From contig NC_068999.1 of assembly GCF_001194135.2 (NCBI RefSeq), positions 17,757,572-17,821,571 on the forward strand: 64,000 nucleotides of DNA, given 5' to 3'. The notes beneath the pieces were generated by a model that saw only the letters and a program-made list of their open reading frames with translations, did not search any database and was not told the origin of the DNA. The position numbers and the translations under genes were made by a program. The DNA comes from Octopus bimaculoides. Lineage: Eukaryota. This document shows, in pieces, positions 14,701 to 25,771 of this stretch (position 1 is the stretch's first letter; the number at the start of each line of letters is the position of its first letter).

Positions 14701-14814
14701 TCTATGTCCAAGAACGGTTGTCACTGTGCATGCTTGTGTAACTGCTTTGCAATGTACTTATGCAAAACGCCTAAACACGCAGATATAGTCAGTTAGGAAC
14801 ACATTATATATCTA

Positions 14815-14856
<42 letters not shown>

Positions 14857-15212
14857 TATATATATGATCTATTTCACCCTTATATTCAAAACACTTACTA
14901 TATTTCATATATATAAAATATATATTCTGTAACACATTAATTCAAAGAGTTTTAGTTATTAGTTACTTCGACTTCACATATGCTTTTTTAACACAATATT
15001 ATTTTCGTTAACGTTTAGAATATTCCATTTGTCATAACTGAAGAACACGTAAGTCGTAAAATACAAAACACTTACAACATTCAAATTTCAAAAGGACAAC
15101 CACGTTGATTGAACAGTGTGTATGCTGACAAAGAGTATAGCAGTCTATTATTTTAAAAATTAATCTAATATTTTTTCCTATTGTGTTAGAGATAGAAATC
15201 GCATTATTATTA

Positions 15213-15253
<41 letters not shown>

Positions 15254-15498
15254 GGTAGTGGCAGCAGTAGCAGCAGCAGCAACAGCAGCAGCTGCAGTAG
15301 TAGTAGTACTAGTAGTAGTAGTAGTGTTTTTGTTGTATAACAGCCAGTAAATGATTTTTCATTAGGTCAACGTGCCCCAATTTAATTTCTATGCGTACTT
15401 TAAAATTCCCGTCGGTTTCTAAGTCACATGATTTCTTTCTTGAAGTCATAGCTATTAGGAACTCATAAACATTAGTGAATACCAAGAATAATTTACAA

Positions 15499-15556
<58 letters not shown>

Positions 15557-16232
15557 NNNNNNNNNNCTCTCTCTCTCTCTCTCTCTCTCTCTCACTAACA
15601 TGTAAAATCTTGTTAAAGACGACGCAAAAACATATTGTGTCACACCATCGTTACACGTACACATGTATTTCGTGATACATCTAGTACAATAACGCTATTC
15701 TCGGTATGATGGCTCTACGTAAAATTATGTTCTGCTACCATGTATCGACATCCTTTTTTTTTCCAAAATAATGCCTTTTTTTTCTAACGAACTTATTTAA
15801 GAATATATGCATGCGTGTATTTCTGTAAGCGTGTATGAAGAGAGAAAGACATAGAGAAACAGAGAACGAGAGAAAATGAAAATTGTGTTATTGTATTTTT
15901 GTAGCTGGATGCTTAAGAAATTTACTTCGAAGTCATGCCATAACGGTTTCCTTCAAACTGCGTAGCTCAACGGTTGTTATCTAGAAGTGTCTCAGTTTGA
16001 CATAAAATACATCACTGCGTCTTAGTTGATGGAATCTGTTTGGAAACCAGGTCGGTGGAATATATGTTTAACTAAAATGTCACGACCCCAAATTATGCTA
16101 TATTGAGGAGCTGAAAGAAGAGCAATATTAACGTTATTTACAGCTACTACTATTCTCAAAATGAAGAAAAAAAAATTATCTGGAAATATTATTTTAAATG
16201 TTCTGTCATTCATAAGGAAAAGACATGTCATA

Positions 16233-16303
16233 ACAAGGCGTCAAATTTTGGGGAAGGGAAATAGTCAATTACATCGACCCCAGTGTTTCCCTGGTACTTA
16301 ATT
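16233..16303 (-). mobile_element. Family A SINE, 3' half of an interrupted copy
   Basis: Reverse complement AATTAAGTACCAGGGAAACACTGGGGTCGATGTAATTGACTATTTCCCTTCCCCAAAATTTGACGCCTTGT matches the 3' half of the copy at 56691. Confidence 0.75.
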
Positions 16304-16310
16304 ATAGTAA

Positions 16311-16362
16311 ATTATTTACATTATTTATATTTGACAGGTATTTGGACTCATCTTGTTTGTTG
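16311..16362 (-). mobile_element. Family H inverted tail fragment
   Basis: Reverse complement CAACAAACAAGATGAGTCCAAATACCTGTCAAATATAAATAATGTAAATAAT matches the tail at 16557-16606, including an identical 25-bp stretch GTCAAATATAAATAATGTAAATAAT. Confidence 0.85.
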
Positions 16363-16367
16363 CCCGT

Positions 16368-16651
16368 GGGCACATGGCGTAGTGGTTAAGAGCATGGACT
16401 ACTAACACCAAGATTCCGAGTTCGATTCCAGGAAGTGACCGTAATAAAAATAATAATAACAACATCGAAAATACCTTAGGAATGAAAACCCAGGTACACA
16501 TTTTTCCCAAGACACCTGATGAAGGCTGGAGGATATATCAGCCGAAACGTTGTGTTAACAACAAGAGGAGGAATAATATCCGTCAAATATAAATAATGTA
16601 AATAATGGATATAATGTGCATAATTCCTCATCTCTTAAATATAGAACTGTA
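16368..16651 (+). mobile_element. Family H: tRNA-headed SINE-like element carrying a hammerhead ribozyme, full length
   Basis: A-box TGGCGTAGTGG (16375-16385), B-box GAGTTCGATTCC (16418-16429), head resembling tRNA-Arg (AAGATTCCGAGTTCGATTCCAGG), AAT-rich linker, hammerhead at 16511-16556, fixed 3' end CTCTTAAATATAGAACTGTA with no poly(A). Homologous to 57631-57871, 57877-58155 and 18478-18560. Confidence 0.9.
16511..16556 (+). ncRNA. Minimal type I hammerhead ribozyme (Penelope-like-element type)
   Basis: Stem I GACAC/GTGTT; core CTGATGA (16516-16522) plus one extra A; stem II GGCTG/CAGCC with 10-nt loop; GAAA (16544-16547); palindromic minimal stem III (AACGTT); GUU cleavage triplet, predicted cut between 16551 and 16552. 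Confidence 0.75.
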
Positions 16652-16657
16652 TTAATT

Positions 16658-16701
16658 GTAGAAGTTTGCACAAAAACACATTCATTTCCTAATATTTGCA
16701 A
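16658..16701 (-). repeat. Right arm of the 44-bp inverted duplication (partner 14657-14700)
   Basis: GTAGAAGTTTGCACAAAAACACATTCATTTCCTAATATTTGCAA; 43/44 identical to the reverse complement of 14657-14700. Confidence 0.9.
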
Positions 16702-16795
16702 AGTCGACCTAGGCGGAATTTAAACTCAGAACGTAGCGACGAGTGAAATGCCGCTACGCATTTTGCCCGGCATGCTAACGACCCTGTCAGCTCAC
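16698..16795 (-). mobile_element. Family A SINE, 5' half of the interrupted copy
   Basis: Reverse complement GTGAGCTGACAGGGTCGTTAGCATGCCGGGCAAAATGCGTAGCGGCATTTC...TTCTGAGTTTAAATTCCGCCTAGGTCGACTTTGC; stops at GACTTTGC. Confidence 0.85.
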
Positions 16796-16804
16796 AATAA
16801 TATC

Positions 16805-16864
<60 letters not shown>

Positions 16865-18477
16865 GAAGCAAAACGAAAAAGAAATTAGAACACTTCACTG
16901 TCATAGTAAATTTTCTCCCTCTCCCACTTCAAAAGCAACTGGAGATGGCCGCACCAAGAGTCGCCAGTCAACTTTCCCACGTGAAATGTTAAAACGTGCC
17001 ACATACTCTGCTATGTTTCTGCGGTTTACTACATATATCTTTATAGAATGTCTCTATCCATCTACACGGAAGCCAATGAATGAACATACCACTGGGCACC
17101 TTTAAAATAATGCCATTCTCTTAATCATTCAGGCAGTGCACAGCCTGTTTTTGACCACAACCAATCTCGATTGAAATTTATAAGGTGGTGAAACACTCCT
17201 CTCACTGAAATTAATTACCATTTCGCTGTAATGTAAAGAAATGCCGTAAACTAAATAATAATGTTAAACAATTAGTAGTTTATATATATTTTCAGGTAAT
17301 GTCGAATTTTACCGTGGACAACATTAAGCTAAGCAACTATTTCAATTTTCGATTCATGTCGAAGTGTGATAAATAATATAGGTTAGGTGAATTCATATAT
17401 CAAGGTATCAGTTGAAAGCCACGATACCGATTTCATGAGAGAGAGTGGGGTTAGGGGAGAGGGAAAATGATGTTCAACATCACCTGAAGTCAGTAAAATA
17501 AATTCGGGAAAACGGAATAAGTTATGTGTTAGGCTTTTCGGAAGAGCTCCACAGTTTTGGATGTTTCACTTACGAAGAAAACAATAAAGCTACTTAAAAT
17601 ATCAGACAATTACTCATCAAATTGTAACGGACATTGTCAGAAAATATAGGGTAATTGGAGAATGATGTTCTTAGAAAATTAAATATCAGGAAGGCCATGC
17701 TTGAAAAGAGTGTTACATAATAGATCTACTTGTCCTCAGTTATAGTTTCCATTGTTCCTTATTTTCTTTCATCCGATACATTTCTACACACTCACATATA
17801 TATATTCACTTATATATAGGCATACATATATGTACTTAAAAGTATAATATATGCACTGTATAAATATGCATACATACATAAATATATTAACACACACTCA
17901 TATGTGTATCTCTTCCCCGTCTCTATCCATCTTTCTCTCAATGTGTGTGTGTGTGAATATATGTATAATCGGAAAAACGCTTCTGTTCTGCACAAAGTCT
18001 TCTCTTTATTTGAAGGAAATAACTTTTTTCCGTTTTTGTGAAATTAATAGTCTTCATAATATTGTCAATAAATCCTTGTGTGGAAAGTGAGTAAGCATAT
18101 ATTTAGACACCAAAATATGAATAAATATACCCGTAAAATATCTAAGCGATTCTAACTAAAACGCTTTTGTATAATGTATTACTTGAATTCGGTTCACTGG
18201 AAAGTTATAGAAAACATGACATCCAAGTCGCCATAGTACTTGGATGTACTTATCATGATGTGCACAATTTTTTGTATATCCTTTCCATTGCAATTCAGAT
18301 AGCATTTTGGGAAACTTTCAGTTTAATAGAGATTTACTAGAAAACCAAGTGAACACACATGAAGTAAGATTCCATTCACAGCTAAGTAATTGCTTCTGAA
18401 ATTTCCAGATTGATATACATCCATAGTAGCAAATCAGGTCTATGATCTGATCCGTTATTTTCAACAAATGTAAAGAA

Positions 18478-18560
18478 TACAGTTCTATATTTAAGAGATG
18501 AGGAATTTCGTACATTATTTACAAGTGACGGATTTTTGTCCTCATCTTGTTTGTTGTTAA
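18478..18560 (-). mobile_element. Family H tail-only fragment
   Basis: Reverse complement runs TTAACAACAAACAAGATGAGGACAAAAATCCGTCAC...CATCTCTTAAATATAGAACTGTA, the family H tail through the exact 3' terminus. Confidence 0.85.
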
Positions 18561-19433
18561 ATCTTGCGGTAGGTGAGCACACGTTTGGACAAAAATCACA
18601 CAATACCAGATGTCTAAGATGATCGCTTTCTCAAAGTGAAATGCGAGAGAACGCACAATACATGTAAGGTTACTTCTGCATACTCTACTTAACATATCTT
18701 CAATAGCTTACAGTTTTGGGAAACTAATTTTCATTGTTTTATGATAAACTGGATATTTCGTTACAATTGTAGACCGCTATTCTCCTAATTAACAGTGGTA
18801 ATAACAACAAAATTAATGTTACATACAGTGACGTCATGACAGCTAATTTGTATCTGCATAAGGCGCAGAAAGACAAGTTAATTGACACAAAAGTCAGAAA
18901 ACATCAATGCAGGTGACACGATAATCCCTTTATATACGGTAATTGAAGAGATGCGCTCTCTTAGTGAGACAAATCAAATTATCATACCTTTATATTAAAA
19001 ATAAAAGATACCCAGTCGATTTTAGAAGTATCACTAAGAACTCTCCCGGTAAAATCATACAATTGGACTCCGCCTCGCTCTCACTGCCACTCTCTCTCAC
19101 TGCCACTCTCTCTCACTCATATATATATANNNNNNNNNNNNNNNNNNNNNNNNNNNNNNNNNNNNNNNNNNNNNNNNNNNNNNNNNNNNNNNNNNNNNNN
19201 NNNNNNNNNNNNNNNNNNNNNNNNNNNNNNNNNNNNNNNNNNNNNNNNNNNNNNNNNNNNNNNNNNNNNNNNNNNNNNNNNNNNNNNNNNNNNNNNNNNN
19301 NNNNNNNNNNNNNNNNNNNNNNNNNNNNNNNNNNNNNNNNNNNNNNNNNNNNNNNNNNNNNNNNNNNNNNNNNNNNNNNNNNNNNNNNNNNNNNNNNNNN
19401 NNNNNNNNNNNNNNNNNNNNNNNNNNNNNNNNN

Positions 19434-19485
<52 letters not shown>

Positions 19486-21519
19486 TGTTTAATACATATG
19501 CACAGATCTTCAAGCACATAATGTCATTCGTACACACATACACTTTTAGATGTGTATTTGCATACGTTTATATTAATGTGCGTATGTGTGTGCGCGCGCG
19601 TGCAAGTGCGATTTTTTGTTTACATAAATCAGTTGAGTGTGGAGAAAACACTTATGTGACACTATTTCATTTGACATTATTTCTAATCTGTTAGATTTTG
19701 CGATTACCTTAGGGAATGGTTATCTTAATTTTCTTTTATTCCATTTGTTGTATGTTTCTATATGCTAAGAATATATATTTATTTATGTTATGTGTGATCA
19801 ATGTCTACCACTTTCAGACTGTGTTTGGCAAACAAAGTAACTCTCAATAAGAGACCGTGCTGACTTTGTTGGAAGCATGTCAACTGGTCTGTGTGGAGCT
19901 GTAGTAGAAAATCAAACATCAAGGCTATGGTCAGTCAATTTAATCTAGACATTTGTTCTTTGTGTTTTGTTTTCCTTTTTTGCTTTTCGGTATTCGAAAC
20001 TTTTGCTCCGTTCCGAACGGCAAATAAATTGAATTGTAAGCTATTATATGGAGGTTGCTCAGATCAGCAATATACATTTATTTCCAGTGGCGTAAACATG
20101 TCATTCGTTTATCATATTATCACAAGTGGAATATAATACCTCTTCTCTAAGGTCTTAACGCTTATCACAGCGACATATAATCAAAATAGATATAACATAA
20201 AAATAAGTACAACCTTAAAGAATGTTTAAAATAACGATTGTTGTTGTTACTGAAAATGATGATGTTCGTTCACCACGGGTTAACGCTGATAGAGTAGATA
20301 GACCTATAATCAGAGGTTATGTCAGCAGTGTCCATACTGCATTTTTTTGTGGAATAGCGTAGCCCTGCGCAATATTATGCAATGGGAAATATTTATAAAA
20401 GTGTGAGGAGTCTATGAGTAGAAATTTAGCTGCTATTTCTAGCTTGTTGAAACAATTCGGAACTTTCTTCATTGCTTTGGTGTTGATGGTGTAGCTGTTT
20501 ATTCACAGCTCTGACTTAATCGAACTGATATATAAGCAAAGCACGCAACACGTCGACATCCTGTCTATTCTGTCAGATGTGGAGCTACTGCATATATTGT
20601 ACTTTCCTTTTTATCCGATGATATTAAGATTGCTCTTTTTAATTCTAGCGTGTCTAGATACCACTAAAATTCTCTCCTGTAGGCGAGATGTTACAACTAT
20701 GAGACTCGCATAAAATGTGAAAGCTCTTTTTATTTACTAGTGTAATCATCTAATTTCTTCTATTGATGCAAATCATGGATCGTGTATAGCGTTGCTTTGC
20801 TTTCTCCGACAACATCTTCCTAAACTCGCAAAGTAAGTTCATAAATGAAGATGACAATGATTATATATTCTTTGTCAGAGCAGTTCTGGATATACATCTG
20901 CTCTCGCTAGGCAGAACTAGAGTTATTAAAGTCAAATATATTAAGGCAAGTTTAACACATTATTCTATGTATACTGAAAATTTTCGCTTTTGAATAGCCT
21001 ATATTATATTTCGTATCTTCTAGATTTAAATTAGCAAATATGGCGCTTGTCCATATTTCAACCATAGTATTTATGCAGAGTAAGTTTACTAGATGGCATT
21101 TAGTAGGTTCTGCGATATATCCAACACTTTATTGCGTCTAATTTGAACGTAACTATTCAACATAAATAAATGTGTATTTCATTTTCATTTGAGAGTTGTC
21201 GTGCCAACTAGGTGAGACGTGGTGAAGTAGTTTATATCGATTTTGTAACGGCGTTTACTGTTAAGATGTATCTAACTTCTGGCATAATAATTCAATTTCG
21301 TCCAGGATTTATCTATGAATAGATTTGATCTCTTTAGGTCAAGTCTATGTAACATTGATCATCTCGTTATTTTTACAATGCTATCAATAAACACTTGATT
21401 TTCCACACATATTCTCATGATAATGTTAGACGTGCATATTCATGTATTTAGGAAAACCGCTCCATAACCACGCCCAGACCCATCTAATGTCTTTTAACAT
21501 ATAGTCAGGTTCATCAATA

Positions 21520-21960
21520 CATTTGAATGAAATTTCTGAAAACGACGAAGGAAAGATTACAGCATGGCTGACACCCGCGAAACACTGAATATGAAAAATT
21601 GTTGTATACTTCACGCAATCAATGCCTTTCACCAAGAACTACAAAATGAAACACGTAGAATACATTAGGAAGTCACAGAATTTCATGATGCTAAATGAAG
21701 CGAACAAAGAGCATTATCTCTGGTTGCTATGTTTCAGCAGACAGAGTATATATTTGCAATCCCGACATAATTGGAACTTTCATTTACTGAATTTATCAGA
21801 ACAACATTGTAAGCCATAAGAAAAGATCTTACAGATTGATATAGCGAAATCCAATAAAGACACAACAGAATACCATGGATATTATAACAGATGATGTTCT
21901 GAAGCTGGAGAAAACTGACAAGACCAGATGCAATAATGCCAATCCCTTAGAAGAAAATTG
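21520..21960 (+). mobile_element. Possible decayed non-LTR retrotransposon ORF2 remnant (endonuclease-RT linker)
   Basis: With one frameshift, 21861-21907 reads HNRIPWI/TDDVLKL, resembling the K.PWIT.EIL.L motif of LINE ORF2 linkers. Surrounding frames are broken by many stops. Confidence 0.35.
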
Positions 21961-22045
21961 TTGCAGTTTACAAACATATTTTACACGCCCAAATGACGAT
22001 ACTGCACACATAAAGGTAGAAACATGCATAAAATAGTTGAGAACA

Positions 22046-22107
<62 letters not shown>
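22046..22107. repeat. (AGT)n microsatellite
   Basis: Directly visible. Confidence 0.95.
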
Positions 22108-22117
22108 TCAATAAGAA

Positions 22118-22334
22118 TAATTCTTTCTCATGATGGCAAAATGGCCTGAAAACGTGTTGGGTAAGGCCAGATGATTAGATCGATTCCAGTGCTCAAATAG
22201 TACTTATTTCATTGATAACGATATAATGCCCCAAAGTCAACTTCAGTGGAATATTAATTCAGAAGTTAAAGCAAAAATAAATGCCACAAAGATTCTTGCC
22301 CGGCGTGCAAACGGTTCTGCCAGATCACTGCCTT
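22118..22334 (-). mobile_element. Family A SINE, diverged
   Basis: Reverse-complement head AAGGCAGTGATCTGGCAGAACCGTTTGCACGCCGGGCAAG; body collinear with other copies. Confidence 0.75.
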
Positions 22335-24283
22335 AAATTTAATGTGTAAATACAATGTAACATCATTTAAATAAAAACGAAGAATGTTGAAACGTAGTTT
22401 AAACCCGTTGTATCTGTTCTATCTCTTTTCCTATGTTGTGTAGGATTTGCGTCTATAGGGAAATTTTATTATTTATTTATTTATTTTTACATAACTGGTG
22501 TCAGGAAGAAGAACCACTTCATCTATAGTATAACAAAAATCTCCTCTGAAAAGCGATGCATGGTTACTTTCAACGAAAAATATGTGGACCTAATGATTAA
22601 GAAATTCTCTCATTGAGAGAATTATAGAAGACGTTGCATCCTTAATGCACATGTTATTTTCCTCCTTCCTAAAGGATTATATATTACAGAGTCCATTTCC
22701 TCATGAAAGTCGTTGCTGTTTGTTTTGAGGTGGAATTACTTTATTTATCGCAGACCGAGTAGCCATGTGTGTGTATTAATTTTGGCTCTATATAATGTTG
22801 TTATACGTGTTGCGCATTCATCCAGATTTAGTGTAACAAACTGTAGCAATATTGTCATTTATTCAGATACAGTGGTTATTCTACCAAATTGTGTACATTT
22901 AAAAGTAGTATGGCAAGATAAGAGTAAGATTTCGTTGTTATTTTTAGCAGATTATTAATATTGAGCCTTTTAAACAGGAATTCAAGTAGAAGTTGACAGT
23001 ATTCTTTTATGGCCCATCCTGTATTCTACAAAGAGACATAGCTGTTATTTAAGTAAACTCAAATCAATATATGAGTCCAGAGTATAATTGATTTGCCGAA
23101 GAGGATAGAGAAGGAGAATTAATACGTGGTGTGGGTTGTAGTCTTGTGTTTAATAGCGCTGGCAATGTATTAGCTTTTAATCCTTCTTCTCAATAAAATA
23201 AACACTAGTAATATATTAGTAACGAATCGATTGCCTATATAGTGTGCCATTAAATGGAACCTACATCTTTGTAAATAGATCGATATTTAAGGAACTTTAC
23301 AAAGCTTAATAATTTAAATATTTTCTGATAAAGATCAAAGATTTTTTTTTACTGTGGTATTATTAATGTTATTGTTAACATTAGGCATTTTTTCATTTTG
23401 ATATTTCATACACCGGCTTTTAAATGGAAAATTAGGTCAGGTAATTACTTTTACAAATGTTTCCACTGAAATTTACTAAAAACATTAATTTTTCGGTGTA
23501 TAATCAATTTTTATAGCAGTCATTTATTATTTATTATTTTTGTTGCTTTATATTTTCATTTTCGTAGTCAGTTAAGAAGAGTTCCTTGGCAACATACGGT
23601 GTAATTGATATACAAGTTATTTTAAGACTTGCAAAAGAAAAAAAGAAATTCAAGAATTTGGTTGAGCTGGGAAGGAGATGTATAAAGCTGTACTAAATGA
23701 ATTAATGTAACTAGTTCGGTAATTCAACTGCGTTGTGTTCAAGTCGATTTAGTGTTTGTTTCATTTGAGGGATTACATGATAAGTGTACATAGAATAATA
23801 GGAGATAATCTCAAAGGATTTCTCATCCACTGAATGTGCTGAATTTCACTGCTAATCAGATTTAAATTTGGACAAAAGTAGCATAAAGTCTAATCTGTTT
23901 CATTCTAACTTCGATAAAGTTTGCATTACACGTACCTCTATAGGTTTTCACTATGGTACATTGTACTATTTTCTGGAGTATATCATGAGTGTATCTGTGT
24001 CTAATTATCAAAGACATCAAACCGTGACACGTATTCATTCGGCGTAGGATTATAGACTCAATCAAAATGCTACAGAGTGATCCCGTCTATATGACATTTC
24101 TTTAAGCATTTGTGTCATATGAATGTTCGTTATATATTTTCATCTAAGATATTTTTAATATAAATCAAGTACAATATTAAGAGGCTGTAATACGAATCCT
24201 TTGCTGGAGCGTAAAGAAAGCTAAGGAAGTGAAACGGATTCGAATAACTGACAACACTATTTTGCATTCCGAAAGCTTGCATA

Positions 24284-24442
24284 AGGTGCAGGTGTAACCG
24301 TGTGGTAAGAAGCTTGCCTCCCAGCTACGTGGTTCCGTGTTCAGTCCCACTGCATGGCAACTTGAGGGTCTTCCACTATAACCTCAGGCCAACTAAAGCC
24401 CTTTGAGTGAACTTGGCAGAGGGAATCTGAAAAAAGCTTCTC

Positions 24443-24492
<50 letters not shown>

Positions 24493-24503
24493 GTGTGTGT
24501 GTG

Positions 24504-24545
<42 letters not shown>

Positions 24546-24742
24546 TTGTTCCCCTACCACTTCGCAACCTATATTGGCGTGATTACGTTCTGGTAACTTC
24601 CCAGTTCGGTAAAAAAGACCGGTAGGATAAGTACCAGGCTTTAAAAGATTAGTCTTGTGGTCGATTTGCTCGACTGAAACCCTTCAAGCTGGTGCATCAA
24701 AATGTCTGCAACTGTGAAATGACTGAAAAAGTAAAGGATAAA
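24284..24742 (+). mobile_element. Family B SINE (tRNA head, CORE-like centre, internal (TA)n(TG)n)
   Basis: Head GGTGCAGGTGTAACCGTGTGGTAAGAAGCTTGCC...GTTCAGTCCCACTGC, internal microsatellite, tail GTCGATTTGCTCGACTGAAACCC...GACTGAAAAAGTAAAG; collinear with 26378-26825. The CORE resemblance and Octopus OR-type identity are from recall. Confidence 0.85.
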
Positions 24743-25499
24743 ATATTTTTTTTTTTTAAATGTAGAATGTAATGATACTCTACATTGCCACAATGACAAG
24801 TTGTTGGAAGAAGTGATAGCTGGTTCGATGAAACCAAAGTACATCACTGTTACTGGGTCCCCAGATCTAACGTTTGACATGACAATTATTTATTTTATGG
24901 ACCCTTGACTCTACCCAATATCACAATATAAATGAAAGGACGTGTATAATTAAATACAGCAAGTCATTAATTGAGCTGACCTTTTAACATTCCTCTTACT
25001 GGATGGAATTCATAAATTCAATTGCATAATATTTAGTAATTAGAGGTTTCTTGAAACGGCCTAATCATCTTAATGATTTAGAGTAAGCCTCGAAATTTTA
25101 ACATTATTGCCTTTCCACATTATATCAGTAAATATTAGAAAATAGCTGCAAAATATTGTAATAACCCCTTGTAATGATAGCAACCTGCCTGAGGTCACCG
25201 ATACTCAAGTAATCATATTTAAAAGAAAGCCTCCATTACATTCTAATTACAGCATGCATAATAACGCGAGATTACAGTTGGTCAAATCTAATGTAATATA
25301 CGAGTATATAAACTTAGGGGTAATTTACTAAACCACTCTGTAATCATGATTATATTGAAAATTAATTGAAATATTTTGGCAGTTTGTCTATCCCCTGGGA
25401 ATATGTTGGCGAAACAAATAAATAGGCGCTGACATTGTTTTGCCAAGGTATGAATAATCGCGTTTACGAGGTATATCACAGCACATTCTTAGGTCATAA

Positions 25500-25771
25500 T
25501 GTGAAATTAATAGCTAAATTTTATTTAGTTCATATAGGTTATGTATTTCGTGTATGTTATGTCTCAAGCTACTGCTATCTAGCACCTTCGGATGATCTCT
25601 ACTCAACCGCTACACGACTGCTACTCGACTGCTACTCAACATCTACTCGACCGCTACTCAACACTCCTACCACGGCCAGACTACCTCTATTTATATGTCT
25701 TGGGAGATCCGACTTCTTCGCCTGGGGGTGTCGACACAGCACTGTATCATACCTCTAATATTCCTGTCACA
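25500..25771 (-). mobile_element. Candidate solo LTR containing an 11-bp tandem array
   Basis: TGTGA...TCACA inverted termini; on the minus strand TATAAATA (25688-25695), then the array, then AATAAA (25520-25525) 20 nt before the end. No target-site duplication found. Confidence 0.3.
25599..25664. repeat. 11-bp tandem repeat, consensus CTACTC(A/G)AC(C/T)G, six copies
   Basis: Units ctactcaaccg, ctacacgactg, ctactcgactg, ctactcaacat, ctactcgaccg, ctactcaacac. Confidence 0.9.

Noticed and set aside
16368-16440. tRNA-like heads of families H, C and D as real tRNA genes
   Set aside because: Acceptor stems are incomplete and each head continues into a repeat body; they are SINE heads.
20380-20580. 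Minus-strand DVDVLRALLIYQF and KYFPLHNIAQ resembling transposase motifs
   Set aside because: Different frames, longer spacing than I would expect, many stops and no terminal repeats; too weak to call.
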